A stretch of 64,000 nucleotides of DNA from the human T2T-CHM13v2.0 reference genome, Homo sapiens. A model generated the notes under the pieces. The model searched no databases. It was not told the DNA's origin and was given only the letters and a program-made list of their open reading frames with translations. Of the stretch, positions 13,132-27,562 are shown one piece after another (positions within the stretch are counted from its first letter, which is position 1; each line of letters begins with the position of its first letter). A program made the translations under genes and the position numbers. The stretch lies in the NCBI RefSeq assembly GCF_009914755.1, contig NC_060926.1; one strand, given 5' to 3'.

Positions 13132-14606
13132 TCACCTCCACCCTTTTTAGAAGTGACAAGATGGCCAGAAGGGGCTAGATTTTGGTAGTCACCCTTCCCC
13201 TAGAATGGTTAAAGCATTTTCCCTGGAGAGCAGGCCCTTGTCATGGAGAATGCTTTGGCTTTTTAAAAACTTTTCTTTTCCCTCTTCTTGCCAGAAGGAT
13301 AAAGAGATTTTTCTTGGGGTTTGTGGAGGTAAAATCCATAAAAGGTTGGGGGCCTGCCCTGAGATGATGACCCCCAGGAGTTTCTCATGCTCATGCTCCT
13401 CCACACTCAGCCTCCAGCAATTCATCAAACATACCAGGCTATGACTTCAGTGCCTGCTGCCTCAGATAGTTGATCTCGGCTAATTCTCTGGATTTGCCTG
13501 TATCTCCAGATTTTGGGGCAGTTTGCCTTGTGACTTTGGTTATTTGAGAGATAGAAGAAAAGTTGTTAATTCATAGTTTGTTCAGCAGGGTTGTTGTTGT
13601 TGTTGTGAGGATGGGAGCGATGACTTCCAATGTCTTTGCGTGTTGAAGCTGAAACCAGAGGTCTAGTGAACTTTTACATTTTTGAAGTTTAGACTTTTTT
13701 CTTAAGACAAACTTTCTTTTTGTTTTAAATTTTGGTTTTATTATAGTATTATCTTATAGCCAGAGCATGTAACCTGTTCAATTTCTCTTCATTATTATTT
13801 ATTGAAATTACTTCAGGGCCAAATACCTGGTATGATCTTGTGTGTTTAACACAGTGTTATTAAAAATCAATTTTGCCAGTTTTTAAAACTTACATTTTGT
13901 GTATCTTTGTTCTTTTATTTTTATCTACTTGAGAAGCTAAGGACTGGAAGTAAGATGTTTTTTAACAGCCTTGAAAGATTTCCCCATTAGTAATCTTTAA
14001 TCTTACTTTTTAAATGTGAGTATTGAGAATTTTACCTTCTTTCTCATTTGTATTTGCTTAATGAAACTTATCCATCTTTTGACTGTTAACATTTTTAATG
14101 TTATTTTATCTCTGTTATGTCTCTTGTAGTTAGATTCTATTTTGACCATTTATAATTTAAGATGGTAGCTTAATCTGTTTTAAATATCTTGTTGCTTATG
14201 GATTTTTTATTTTTATATTTTATGCCTCTTTATTTTCTATAAGAAAAAGAGCATGTTTTTCTTTCTCATTATTTTGTAAAGTTTGTAGCCTCATTTTGAC
14301 TCTATTTGTTACACTTGGGTTTCTAATTAATTCTTTAATGTATATTTCTCTAACTGAGACCATCAAATTTATAACTATATCATTTGAATTTTTATTTGAA
14401 ATAAGTTACTTAACTCAATTTTTTACTTGTCCTCACTCAATTTAAAAAACTTTACCAAGATATCGCACCACTGCACTCCAGCCTGGGTGACAGAGCGAGA
14501 TTCCGTCTCAAAACAAAACAAAAAAAACATTAAAATAGAATCTAAAGTTTAAGATTGAAATTACTATAATTTTATTATATGCAGTATATATCCTCTCTTT
14601 TTAGAA

Positions 14607-15118
14607 CAGTGCTTCTCAAGTATTTGGGTTCAGGATATTTTTATATTTTTAAAAATTATCGAGAACCCCAAAGAACTGGCTTTTGTTTATTGGGTTATAT
14701 CTGTTGCTATTTACGATATTAGAAATTAAAACTTTGAACACTTAAAATATGTATTTATTCATTTAGAAATAATAGTAGTGAATTTATTACCCGTGAATAT
14801 GTGATGTGTTTTTATGAAAAATAATAAAACTTTTCAAAATAGAAATAAATTAGCCAGAGGATTAGCATTGCTTTACATTTTTATACGTCTTTTAAATATA
14901 AGTAGAAGGCAGCTAGACCCTCCTATCTGCTTCTGCATTCAATCCGTTGTGACATCACAGGCCATTTAGCCTCTGAAAAATTTCATTGTATATTCATGAG
15001 AGAATGAGAAAGATAAAGGGAAAATAATATGTTATTATGTGAAGAGTTTTACTTGGTGACACCTGAAAGGGTCTTGCACAATCCTAGGGGGTCCCTAACC
15101 CCACTTTGAGAATTACTG
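14607..15118. mobile_element. hAT-Charlie family non-autonomous DNA transposon
   Basis: Terminal inverted repeats CAGTGCTTCTCAAG ... TTTGAGAATTACTG. Confidence 0.7.
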
Positions 15119-16988
15119 TTCTAAGATAATTTATACATTTGAGACATCAGTATTGTAACTGGTTTTAATGATGCTTCCAGTTCCTCTACAATAAGGCTTT
15201 ACTGATACTGATTTCTTGATTCTGTTAATGTAGTACATCATCAAATAATTCGTCCTACACAGTGTCAGTAAAAATGGAGTAGGGTGATCTATAGGAACAA
15301 ACAATTCCCAAATCTCAACGGGTCACCAGCCCTCTGCACAGAGGACCCTCATCCTGGACTCTGTCTCTGGCTGAGGAGCAGCCACCCCATCTGAAATGAC
15401 AGTCACTGTGGTAGAGGAACAGAGAGCATGCCTAACCAGGTGCTGCCTCTGAGCTCTTCTGCCAGAGTGATACCCATTGCTCCAAGGGAGGTACAATCTT
15501 ACCTTGGCCCAGAAGAAAAGAACATTGAAAAATGTGTGACCAACACAGAAGGTGCATGAGCAAAATATTCTTTGAGTTCTTGTCTATCTAAGTATTGATT
15601 CTGCCCTCATACGTGAATCATTGAATAAGGTATACATTTTTCCATTTTAATTTTTTTGGACCCATTCTCAAGAACTGAATGGGTATACACTTTTTTTAGT
15701 AGTTTCCTCTTACCTCTAGGTTTATAGGTTTGCATCATTGCTTTAGACATTTAGGGTTTCAAATTCACTTATTTTTCCCTTTAGGGCTTTTCCCCATATG
15801 TTCTGGGAAATTCTCCCTCCTTTATCTTATAAAAATTTTCATTCACTTTTTAAAAATTTCACAATCATTTTGAATTTCCAAGGTCGTTTTATTTTCTGGT
15901 TGTTTCTTTTCTGCATGGAATTTTTGGTACAATATATTCTCTTTCTGTGTGATAATATTTGTTGTTTAGAAATTCTTTTTTGTTCCCTGAAACATCTGTA
16001 TTTCCGCTAGGGTAATTTTTTGCCTTTTGCTTATCTTGGTTTTACTCCTTAATGTTGTAGGTTTCCACAAATGCTGTGGTCTGTTGTAGTCTGTTCATGC
16101 TTACCAGCAAGATGCTGAAAAGTAAACTTGAAACTCCATTTAATGAGATGGGCTTGCAAACTTGTGGGCTTCACTGAGCAAATACCAAATCCCTGAAGGT
16201 AAAGGCCTTTTCTCTGAGTCATTTATATTTTTCTTAAGAGGAAACCTCCAGTCTTCTGCCTGATTGTGGGTGTTCTGTGTCGTAGAGCAAACTGTTTTTA
16301 ATTTTGCCTTTGGAACAATCTCTCGATTTTCATCTCTGCATCTCCTTCTCAACCACCACTGCATCTCTGGGAGGCTGCAGGACACGCTGGATCCTTTTCT
16401 GACCTCAGGAAGCATCCTCCACCTTCAATAGCAATGAGTACCCCTCGGACCACTTTTTCTCTTTCATACCTAGGTTAAAATTTCTCATCGAATTCCTTTC
16501 TCTTCATCATTGTAACTTTAATTCCTTTACTGTCATTTTAGGAGATATTCTAGTGAAAGAGGAGAAAAACAGTTGTCATTAATCAACGATTTTAAACCAG
16601 AAGGCTTTTTCTTTTTTAAAAGAATTCAATGGATAAATGGTGCATGTCTGGAGAATGGGAAATTTTAGTGATCCTCTATTCTATCCTGATGCATGTTTAA
16701 GGAATGGAAAGTCCCAATGACCATTTCCTGGTGGGATAAAAAAAATCCTGGAAGTCTTCATACCGTTTAGAAATACAGATAAATTTGTTAAGGCCTATTA
16801 GCAAGGGGAACAATTTAGCAAGTAGGAATCAGAACTACAAACTTTTGTGATTAAAAATTAGTTTCCCAGGCACAGCCTTAATGTCTGAAATCCAGAGGTC
16901 TCCAAGTTTAGACAGATTAATGTGTCCTAGTTTTGCATATCCACACAAATCTCCATGTTGGACCAGAGAAAGAGTGATTTTCTTGTGA

Positions 16989-17295
<307 letters not shown>

Positions 17296-17509
17296 TTCTT
17301 GTGTATTCTTAATCAAACCTTACCAGATGAGAGTCTTTGAACCAATTTTATGATGCAGAATGCCACCCTCCTTTTGCAGTTACAGATGGAGGAGATACAT
17401 CTCCTTTACATCTCCTGAGATTTCCTCTCTTTGTTGTTAACTAAGAAGACTTGCAGTTCAGTGTTAGGTTCTGTAATATCTCAGCCAGATTTTTATTTCT
17501 TTCTCTGTA

Positions 17510-17870
17510 AGTTAAAGTTCTCCAGAGAAACAGAACCAATAGGATGTGTATATACAGAGAAAGAGATTTGTTATAAGGAATTGGCTCTTGCAATTATGAA
17601 GGCTGGCAAGTCCAAAATCTGTAGTGTGGGCCTGCTGTTTGGAGACCCAGGAGAGCTGATGGTGCAGCTCCAGTCTGAATGCAGTCTACTAGAGGATTCT
17701 TTCTTTCTTGGGGACACTAGTCTTTTGGTTCTATTCAGGCTTTCAATTGGTTGGGCAAGCCCCACCCACATTATGGAAGGCAATCTGCCCTACTCCAAAT
17801 TCACCAATGTAAATGTTAATCTTATCCAAAAACACCCTCAAAGTTGGCATATAAAATTAATTACCACAGT
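17510..17870 (+). mobile_element. MLT2-type ERVL LTR (orientation uncertain)
   Basis: GTTCTCCAGAGAAACAGAACCAATAGGA...TATAAGGAATTGGCTC...AAAATTAATTACCACA. Confidence 0.75.
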
Positions 17871-18203
17871 ATCATGTCAATTCCTATAAAGATTTTGACA
17901 TCTTTTAATTGCATATTTTCCCTAGAGAGTTCAGGTGAAGGTCTCTTTATAATAGTTTGATTGGAACAGGGTGAGCCTTTTTACTTCTATGTACAGGTCT
18001 TTCTTAAGTTCACTGTTTTCATCTTTTCCACCTTGATTTTTCCCAAAATAAATAAATTCCATTCATTCTGGTCTCCCTACAAGAATGCTTATTTTATACA
18101 TGTTGGCTCTCCATTGGCCATCCTTCATGTCTAAAATCTTCTAACCACCACAAACCTCTTGGAAACTCAGTGTCTACTTCCACGTTGTATCTTTGTTTCT
18201 TAG

Positions 18204-18381
18204 GATGGTCGCAGAGATCCAGAACGTAGAGGGTCAGAACCTGCAGGAGCAGGTTTGCCCTGAGCCCATTTTCAGGTTCTTCAGAGAAAACAAGGTGGAG
18301 ATTGCAAGTGCAATAACAAGGCCATTTCCTTTCCTTATGGGCCTCCGAGACCGCTCCTTCATCTCCGAGCAGATGTATGAA
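18204..18381 (+). CDS. SP140: SP140 exon 2 (HSR/CARD domain, MVAEIQNVEG...SEQMYE)
   Basis: TTAG| acceptor, GAA|GTAAGT donor, 178 nt; FFRENKVEIASAITRPFPFLMGLRDRSFI is the SP100-family HSR motif. Confidence 0.96.
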
Positions 18382-19304
18382 GTAAGTAAGAATTTCCAAA
18401 TGATGATAAACCAGGTCCATACTCAATTATGCCAAACTTCAAGATGCAATGAGCAGGCTAAAGGGCCTCCTGTGAGTGGGGACCTTCACCATTCTGTAGG
18501 TTAGGAGGTGACAGGAGAAGCAGGCATCACAGAAAACCTCCCTTCTTCTGTAGTAAATGTTGGGGGAGGGCCACAGTGAGGGAGGTGGGGCAGGAGAGAG
18601 AATGGGAATGCTGTATGGGTGCAGATCATCCTAGGTACTTGTAAACAATCTACTAATGGTAGCCATAATTAAAATAAATAAGTGACCTAGGCAGCATTTT
18701 ATTCCAAAGCCTACTTATTTGAAACACTTGAAACTGAGATTTTTTTGAAACTCACAGTGAAGTTGTGTCATTTTAGGTTACATTTGGAAGTGGATGCTTG
18801 CTACTGTCTCTCCAAATCATTGTTTGATCTTTGGACATTTCTAGAGCCCTAGAATGCAAGTTAATGTTAGCAGTGGATGCCCTTAGGGATACTGAGGACA
18901 AGGCTTCTTCTTGTCTTTGTGAATTTTCTGTGCCCTTTGGCCAGGAGTCATAGTAGGGGGCTGGTTGATTGGTTTCCTGGAGCTCGTCAGGCCAGGCCAA
19001 TCCTAGTAGTGGTTATTGTCCATGCAACAGAACAGCCTTGTTAAGGCCACTCCTGAAATAACCTGGCCAGGCTCTAAAGCCATACACAACATTCAACTTT
19101 GAACCCACACTTATTATTTAAAATTACTCTCTCCCCTTAAGTGTACAACAATGTCAGAGAGTCAGGTTCAAAAAATTAGAGTGTATTTTTATGGTGGAGG
19201 ACATTTAAGAAGTCATCCAAATATACGCAAAATTCTAACATTTCACAAGAGAACAGATGTTCTATCTACAACCTAAAAGTCTTTTGTAACCCATAAATCT
19301 CTAG

Positions 19305-20240
<936 letters not shown>

Positions 20241-20329
20241 TGAATACTATACCTTGATTCAAAAAAGAGGTATCTTGTTTTCATATTATGATACATCCAA
20301 GTCAGAGAAAGGTCTAGAGGAAGTCAAAT

Positions 20330-20946
20330 ACTGTGCATGCCTCCTTTGGTATCCATGAGGGATTGGTTTCAGGAATACCCACCACTCTCAGTCCTGAATG
20401 CTTAAGTCCCTTATATAAAATGGCGTAGTATTTGTGTATAACCTATGCACATTGCACCAGTATACTTTAAATCATCTCTAGATTACAATACCTAATACAA
20501 TGTAAATGCTATGTAAATAGTTGTTAAATTGTATTTTTCATTTGATTATTTTTAATTTTTGTATTGTTATTTTATTTATTTATTTATTGAGATGGAGTTC
20601 ACTCTGTCACCCAGGCTGGAGTGCAGTGGTGTGATCTTGGCTACTGCAACCTCCACCTCCTGGGTTCAAGTGATTTTCCTGCCTCAGCCTCCTGAGTATC
20701 TGGGATTACAGTCACCCACCACCACACCCGGTTAATTCTTTTGTATTTTTAGTAGAGACAGGGTTTTGCCATGTTGGCAAGGCTGGTCTTGAACCCCCGA
20801 CCTCAGGTGATCTGCCTGCCTTGGCTTCCCCAAATGCTGGGATTACAGACATGAGCCACCATGCCTGGCCTGTTATTATCTTTAAATTTTGTCCCATGTT
20901 TTTAATCTGAGGGTGGGTGAATCCACAGATCCCAAGCCAACTGTAC
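20330..20946 (+). mobile_element. MER2-like Tigger MITE interrupted by a minus-strand Alu (20571-20870)
   Basis: GGTATCCATGAGGGATTGGTTTCAGGA start, CCAACTGTA end; full reverse Alu inside. Confidence 0.8.
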
Positions 20947-21229
20947 CTAGGCACAAATTTTGAGTCAATATTTGTATTTTAACCAGGGTGTTCCAGGCTG
21001 TGGCAATGAAGGGAATGATGTTACTTCTACTGCCCACATCTCAGGGGCTCTGATTCTGTCTGTGGACTGTGGGGATCCTCCTGGCCCCAGCATCCACATC
21101 TCATATGTTAGTATCTGGCACTTCCTGTGTTTGGGTGACAGGTACCTGAGGCTCACGACTGCCCACTGCCTCAGACTATGAGTAGAAATGTGAGAAATGG
21201 GCAGAAGTAGAATGAATTGTAAAAAGATT

Positions 21230-22390
21230 GAAAAAAGAAAAAATAAACCTCTACTTATACTACACAACATCCACAAAAAAATAATTCAAGTTGGATCACA
21301 AATCTAGAAGTTAAGACTACAAGTATAAAGCTGCTAAAAGAAAACATAAGACAGTGTGTTTGCAAACTGAGAGTAGGCAGTAATTTGCTATACAGGACAC
21401 AAAAAAACATGGATCATAAAAGAAAAACTTGGTAAGTTAGATGTCAACAAATTAAAAACTATGCATCCAAAGTCACCATTAAGAAAAGGAAAAAACAAGC
21501 CATAGACTGGGAGACAATATTTTGCAATACACATATCTAACAAAGGATTGTACTCACAAAATATGAAGAACTCCTATAAATGAATAATAAAAGGACACAT
21601 CACCAATTCAAAAAATGGACAAACGATTTGAACAGACATTTCAAGACAGGAGATATAAAATGTCCAGCAAGAATTTAAAGTGTATGACATTATTAATCAT
21701 GAGGGAAATGCAAATTAAAGTTATAGTGAGATATCATTCACTCACTAGAATTGCTAAAATTAAAAAGACTGACAATACCAAGTGCTGATGAGAATATGGA
21801 ACAATTGGACCTCCCATCCCTTGCTGGTAGGAATGTAAAATGATAACGACCACTTTGGGAAAGTGCCTGGCAATTTCCTATAAAGTTAAATCTAACCTAT
21901 GATCTTGGCAGTTTCACTCCTAGGTATTTACATGAGAGAAATGAAAATATGTTCATGCAAAGATTTGTTTAAGAATGTTTATGGCAGCCTTATTCATAAT
22001 AACTAAAATCTGGAACCAACCCAAATGCTCATCAACGGAGGGTAGATAAACTATGACTAATTTATAGAGTATAATACTATTCAGCAATAAAAAGAATGAA
22101 CTGTTATCACATAGAGCAACATGGATAAATCTCAAAAACATTATGTTGAGCAAAATAAGCAAGTTGTAAGAGTACATACTGCATGATCCTATTTATATAA
22201 GTACAAGTACAGACAATACAGACAAGTACAGTGCCAGAAAGGAAGGCGCCATTGCTGGTGATAGGAACCAGAACAGTGGTGTCTTAAGCACAAAGCAATT
22301 TTCTGGGATGGTGGAAATGTTCTGAATCTTGACTGGGATGTTGGTTTCACAATGATTTACACTTAAGATATGTGCCTCTCAATGAAAAAA
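21230..22390 (+). mobile_element. Old L1 3' region (L1M-type)
   Basis: Degenerate ORF2 C-terminal and 3' UTR motifs (GGAAATGCAAATTAAA, GGAACCAACCCAAATG). Confidence 0.8.
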
Positions 22391-22523
22391 AGGGGAACAA
22401 GGCTCTGTTGGACCTCGGGGGTGGGAGATCCTGGGGCTTGGACATCAAGTTCATCTTGAGCACACTGAGGTCTCTCCTCTGGTCACTGTCTGAGTTTGGT
22501 AATTTTCACATTGTTTTCCTCAG

Positions 22524-22607
22524 TATGCTATGAACACTCACCTCTCCAAATGAATAATGTAAACGATTTAGAAGATAGACCCAGATTACTACCATATGGT
22601 AAACAAG
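22524..22607 (+). CDS. SP140: SP140 exon 4 (VCYEHSPLQMNNVNDLEDRPRLLPYGKQ)
   Basis: TTTTCCTCAG| ... AAG|GTAACT; 84 nt, phase 1-1. Confidence 0.92.
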
Positions 22608-24851
22608 GTAACTATCATTTAGCTGATCAATGCCCTTATTAAAGTTTTCCTTCCTTGCCTTCATGGAGGCAAATCTTGTATTTCCTCTCCTGTCTTAGCC
22701 CTCTGTTATCTCCCAGTCCTCCTCCCCTCACACAGCCATGTACCTGCCCTTATCTGCCAACAGATGTGAGAGAACCAATGAAAAAGGAGATCTGATCTCT
22801 TGAATAGATGGAGTCTCCATTGGTGGAGAATATAAGAAGAGAAAATGGGAAAGGTAGACAGAGAATAATACAGGACAAATTACATGAATGGATTCCATCT
22901 TCTAAAGGAACATAAAAGTCCTACCCTCCGAGGTTGAGATAAGGGGATTATTTTTAATTAATTTCATAGAACTATTAAGAGAAACTCAGAAATAACCTAA
23001 GCCATATCAGATTCAGGTGAGAGATATTCCTTACGGAGATGACCAGTTAGGGGTCTCTAGTACTGTGGTCACAGTCCAAGAGGGGAGTTTGGATATGGAG
23101 AGAGAGGGGAGCCTGAAAGATAGAATTGCGCAGGGAGACAAAACTGAAATAGTGTTGGCAGATAGAAGATCAAAGTGAAATGGGAGAAACAGAAATGGAA
23201 AGAGAGGAAGTATAAGACACAGCAGAGAAAAGGTAAACCGAAACATCTGCCAAGGATCAGAGGTAAAAATGGAGAGAGAAGTATATGGAAAAGGAAAGAT
23301 GAGAGGAAAATAAATACCAAGAAATGGGGAAAGTAGAGAGGTACAGAGGCAACTATGTAGATAAAGAGTTAAGAAAAAAAGGGTGTAAAATCACTTGAGA
23401 GTGAAAAGTGGATAAAAGGGAGAGAGAAACAGACTGGGACAGTGTAGGTTTGAGGTAAGAGCACTGGATATCCATAACTTTACAAGGGTTTATTCCATTA
23501 ACCGTAAGTTTTCAGAATGAACTGTTCCCACATCAAAGTGGCACTTGCATCATACTCAGATTTCAATAGATCTCTCCCAGAATAGTCCAATGATTCCCAA
23601 GCACAAATCTCCACTCTAAATTATCTTTAGAGTACATTTATTCATGGACCTGAGGACCTTTACTCAAGGGTCAGATAGACATCTACACTTGATTTTTTTC
23701 AAGAACCTTAAACTTGGTACTTTGAGAACTGAAAGCCACATCTTCATTGCTCAAGTTAGATCGAACTCCTCTGCAGCACTCTTTCTCTCAGAGACGGATC
23801 ACTATTATCCCATGGTTTTTCAAGTTGGAAACCTAGTCAAGTCATCATGGATGACTCCTCCCTTGCCCTCAAATACATGCCAGTTATGCAGCCAATGTAA
23901 TCATTTCATCTTCAGGTTGCCCCTGGCCTGTCCATCTTTGCATCCCCAAGACCAGGTCTCTGGTCCAGATCTCCATCACCCTCATGATTCTCAGGGCAAC
24001 ATCCTTTGCTCATCTCCTCCCTCTAATCTTGCTTCCATCAAATGTGTTATTTGCACTTCAACTAGATGGGATATTTTAAAGTGCACATCAGATTGTATCA
24101 TTTTCCTACTTACCTCCTTAATACACTAAGGATTAAATAAATGGGTTTTTAAGTAGCATCCAAAGGCATCCACAATGAGCCACCTGCTTACTTCTCCAGC
24201 TTAATCCCTGCCTCCTGAAATATTACTTCAAGGTAGAATAAAATTTCCCCCAATAATTTCAATTGTTAAATCTCTCTTTCAAACTGAGCCTTTCCCTATG
24301 TTTTCTCTATGCTGCCTTATTTAGAATTGTTTTCCTGTCCCACTATCCTCCATTTACCTTTCTCCAATCCAGCTAAATCCTACTTAGAATATATGATCAA
24401 AGGGAGGTCTTTCTTTAGAGAAAGCTAGAAAGGCACAATTGGGAGACCAAGGATGGGAGAGAAAGAGCAGTATCAGAGAAAGCAAGAGAAAAAATTTGCA
24501 GGAGCAGAGAAGAGAGAAATGCATCTAGGAAAGGGAGGCTCCAAGAAACATCCGCAGAAAAAAACAGAGGCAGAGATTGAGGAAATGTACAGAAACAGGT
24601 GGAAAGACATGAGTGAGAAAATGGGAAAGAGAACAAGGTATAAGGAAAGGAAGACTCCCCCACAGTGGATGAATTATTCTCAGCCTCTGGTGAAGGTTAC
24701 TGAAGGACTGAATCCTCAGGTCAGGTTGTTTGGGGAGAGGGGACCTTCCAGATTATCAGGTTTTCTTAGTTTTCTCATTATTTGTTTTCTTGTTTTGATG
24801 GCTTTTTGACCATAAATCAAGACATCTAAGGGATTTCATTCCTTTCGGCAG

Positions 24852-24932
24852 AGAACAGCAATGCCTGTCATGAAATGGATGATATAGCAGTGCCTCAGGA
24901 AGCCTTGAGCTCCTCGCCAAGGTGTGAGCCAG
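24852..24932 (+). CDS. SP140: SP140 exon 5 (ENSNACHEMDDIAVPQEALSSSPRCEP)
   Basis: TTTCGGCAG| ... CAG|GTAAGG; 81 nt, phase 1-1. Confidence 0.92.
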
Positions 24933-26108
24933 GTAAGGAAGGAGTGACTTGCTCTCCCTGACCTGCAGGGTGTCAGGAGGTGGAATTCAGAGCTGGTGTT
25001 TCCTAATGCATTTTACTCTGAGTACATGCCACAGGCAAAAGATCCATTTTGTCCTTGGATCCTATAATTCTGCTAAATTTTCCTAAGTGTATGTTATAGT
25101 AGAAATATGCTAGAGAAGGATGATGTCTTTCATGTCTACTAATAATAAAAACTTGATTATACCTACCCACCACTTACTTTCTCTAGAGAATAAAAACGAT
25201 TATTGTTTGTTACTATTATTATTTTGTCCCTTACTATAGAAAGCCTTCAAAAGAAACATGTTCCATCAGACCAACTACTCGAAAAACTAAATGATAATTT
25301 TTGCCAAATATTTTCCATTGTGTTACTATCTTACCTAGTTATTGTTCAAAGAATTTTGGCAAACAAGATGTCATTTTATCTCCACAGCTTATGAATTTTG
25401 ATGGATAAACTTTTGCTTATTTGTATTTTATAGCTAAATAAAGTAGAAGTAGAAGCATAGCAATGTGTAAGGTCTTTTACCAGGTCAAATTAGTCAAGCA
25501 AGAACATGACCCACATCCCTGCTGACTCACTGCGGTGATGGTTGTGTGAATTTGGCAGAGATCAGGGTAGCCAGGGTCATGGATTGGAGTTCACACAGGA
25601 GACCCAAGGAGGCCTGCAGGTTCTTAGGGGAGTGGGCCAGGGCCTGGTGCAAGGAGACTCTTATTCAGCAAAAGCATTTCCATGGCCAGAGCAGGGAAAA
25701 GCAGAGAGAAACGGTAAGATTGGAATCTGCCATGTGGGATGCAAGAAATCCAGAAGAAGAGAACCAGAAAGAAAAATGGAGACACAAGTAGGAAAATGTG
25801 ATGGAGGGCATTGAAGAGCAACAGAAAAGAAAAAGAGAGGGAATCCCAGGGAGTCAAGGAGATGGACGGTGCTTCATGGCGTAGAAGCAAGAGTGTGTGG
25901 TAACCAAAAAGTGAGAAGGAGAAAGGAGGTAGCAGAGAGATGATCAGAAGGAAAACAGGCAGAGCAAGGCTGTGGCGGGGCTCAGGCGAGGTCCTTGGAG
26001 CAATAGTGTTTTTTTGCAAGGAGAAGCTCACTTGAGTGCTGAACACCAGGATTCAGCAGGAGCATCCTGAGGTCTGTGCTCTCATCACTGTGCCTTGTTT
26101 ATTTCCAG

Positions 26109-26201
26109 GTTTCTCTTCAGAGTCTTGTGAGCAGTTAGCTCTCCCAAAGGCTGGTGGAGGAGATGCTGAAGATGCACCCAGCCTACTACCAGGTGGGGGA
26201 G
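26109..26201 (+). CDS. SP140: SP140 exon 6 (GFSSESCEQLALPKAGGGDAEDAPSLLPGGG)
   Basis: TTTATTTCCAG| ... GAG|GTAATT; 93 nt, phase 1-1. Confidence 0.92.
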
Positions 26202-26983
26202 GTAATTATGATTTAAATGACCAATTATCTCATTAAATTAGTTGGCCTATCTCTATGCAACCAACACTTCCTTCTCTCTCCACCACCAACCCTGTAACAC
26301 ACTTTTGTTCAGCCTGTGGTTGTTTTCCCCAGGTGTGTGGGAGGCAAGAGGTAAAGGACGGCTAAGTCCTTTAGTGGAGGGGCTCCTGGGCAGAGAGCTT
26401 AAGGGTACAGAGTAATAAAAATTACTCTGATTGGAGGCACCAAATGGTGTTGCCTAAGTGGGCCCAATTTTATCTACATGAATATTGAATCTAAATCCTA
26501 CCAGGATGGGGTTTGAGAAAAGAGAGAGAATTTTAAACTTACTTGCCAGGGATTATTTAGGAATAATGAAATACTGTATATAGAAGAGACAAAGTGGAAG
26601 TGACAAAGTTAGAAGAATGAATAGGGATATAACGGGGCAAAGAGGTAACAAACATCACGAAGGAAGAAAGAGACAGAAATGCAAAGAAATGGTAGAAGTC
26701 AGGGAGAGGAAGTCAAGTCAAAGAGATCCTGGAGTTGGTTTATGGTGCAGATGCAGCAATGTGTAAAGACAGGGTTAGAGGGAGAAAAAAGAAGGAGAGA
26801 GAGGGAGAGAGGGGAAAGGGGCCTGACAAGGTGCTAGAAGAAGTAGAGCCACTTTTGTTTGGTGCAAAGATACCTTTATTCCCAGGGAGCAGTTCTACAC
26901 CCGAATATTAGAGCTCAGCATGGATCCAGGTAGGTGTCCAGGTCACTGCCAATTGTCTGTCATGTTCCTCTTTCACTCTGCAG

Positions 26984-27061
26984 TGTCCTGTAAACTTGCT
27001 ATACAAATAGATGAAGGAGAATCAGAAGAAATGCCCAAGTTACTGCCTTATGATACAGAAG
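26984..27061 (+). CDS. SP140: SP140 exon 7 (VSCKLAIQIDEGESEEMPKLLPYDTE)
   Basis: CTTTCACTCTGCAG| ... AAG|GTAATT; 78 nt, phase 1-1. Confidence 0.92.
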
Positions 27062-27139
27062 GTAATTAGGATTTAAATTAAAGCTTTATTTTTCTGTCAA
27101 CATACAAAAACACCTACTCTTTCATCTCCCTTCCCATTC

Positions 27140-27272
27140 CCCCATCTATTCATGTATTCATCCATATATCCATCCATCCATCCATTCATCCATCCATCCA
27201 TATATCCATCCATCCATCTGTATATTCATCTGTCCATCCATCCATCCAGCCATCCATCAATCCATGCATCCC
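27140..27272. repeat. (CATC)n-like microsatellite
   Basis: Degenerate TCCA/CATC repeats 80-210 nt downstream of exon 7. Confidence 0.93.
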
Positions 27273-27486
27273 TCCCCACATACAGACAGAGACAGTCTAT
27301 GTCCAGCTTCTTCCTGCTTTCCTTAAGAGGCACAAGTAGCAAAAGAAGGATGAGCTCAGACTGGTTGGGGCTTTCCTGCATATAGGACATAGGGAAAGAG
27401 AGAGAGAAAGAAAAATATAGTTTGAATCGTTAAATAAAGAGAGATCTGAGTGATTGCCAGTTTTACCTCAATAGTTGTGGGATCCA

Positions 27487-27562
27487 AATATTACCACGTT
27501 GGGTAACATTTGGGTAATATTACCACATTGGGTAACATTTGGGTAATATTACCACATTGGGT
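27487..27562. repeat. 29-bp minisatellite, ~2.6 copies
   Basis: Unit AATATTACCACATTGGGTAACATTTGGGT. Confidence 0.92.

Larger units (their letters stand above)
8560..13700 (-). mobile_element. Old L1 (L1M-type), fragmented and interrupted by Alus and an LTR; boundaries approximate
   Basis: Minus-strand ORF2-like peptides (INKPLASLTKKK; LGHKTYLNKFKRIEIL); T-rich plus strand. Confidence 0.75.

Noticed and set aside
27487-27562. Palindromic 29-bp repeat as CRISPR-like array
   Set aside because: Head-to-tail repeats without unique spacers, in mammalian intronic DNA with no cas genes.
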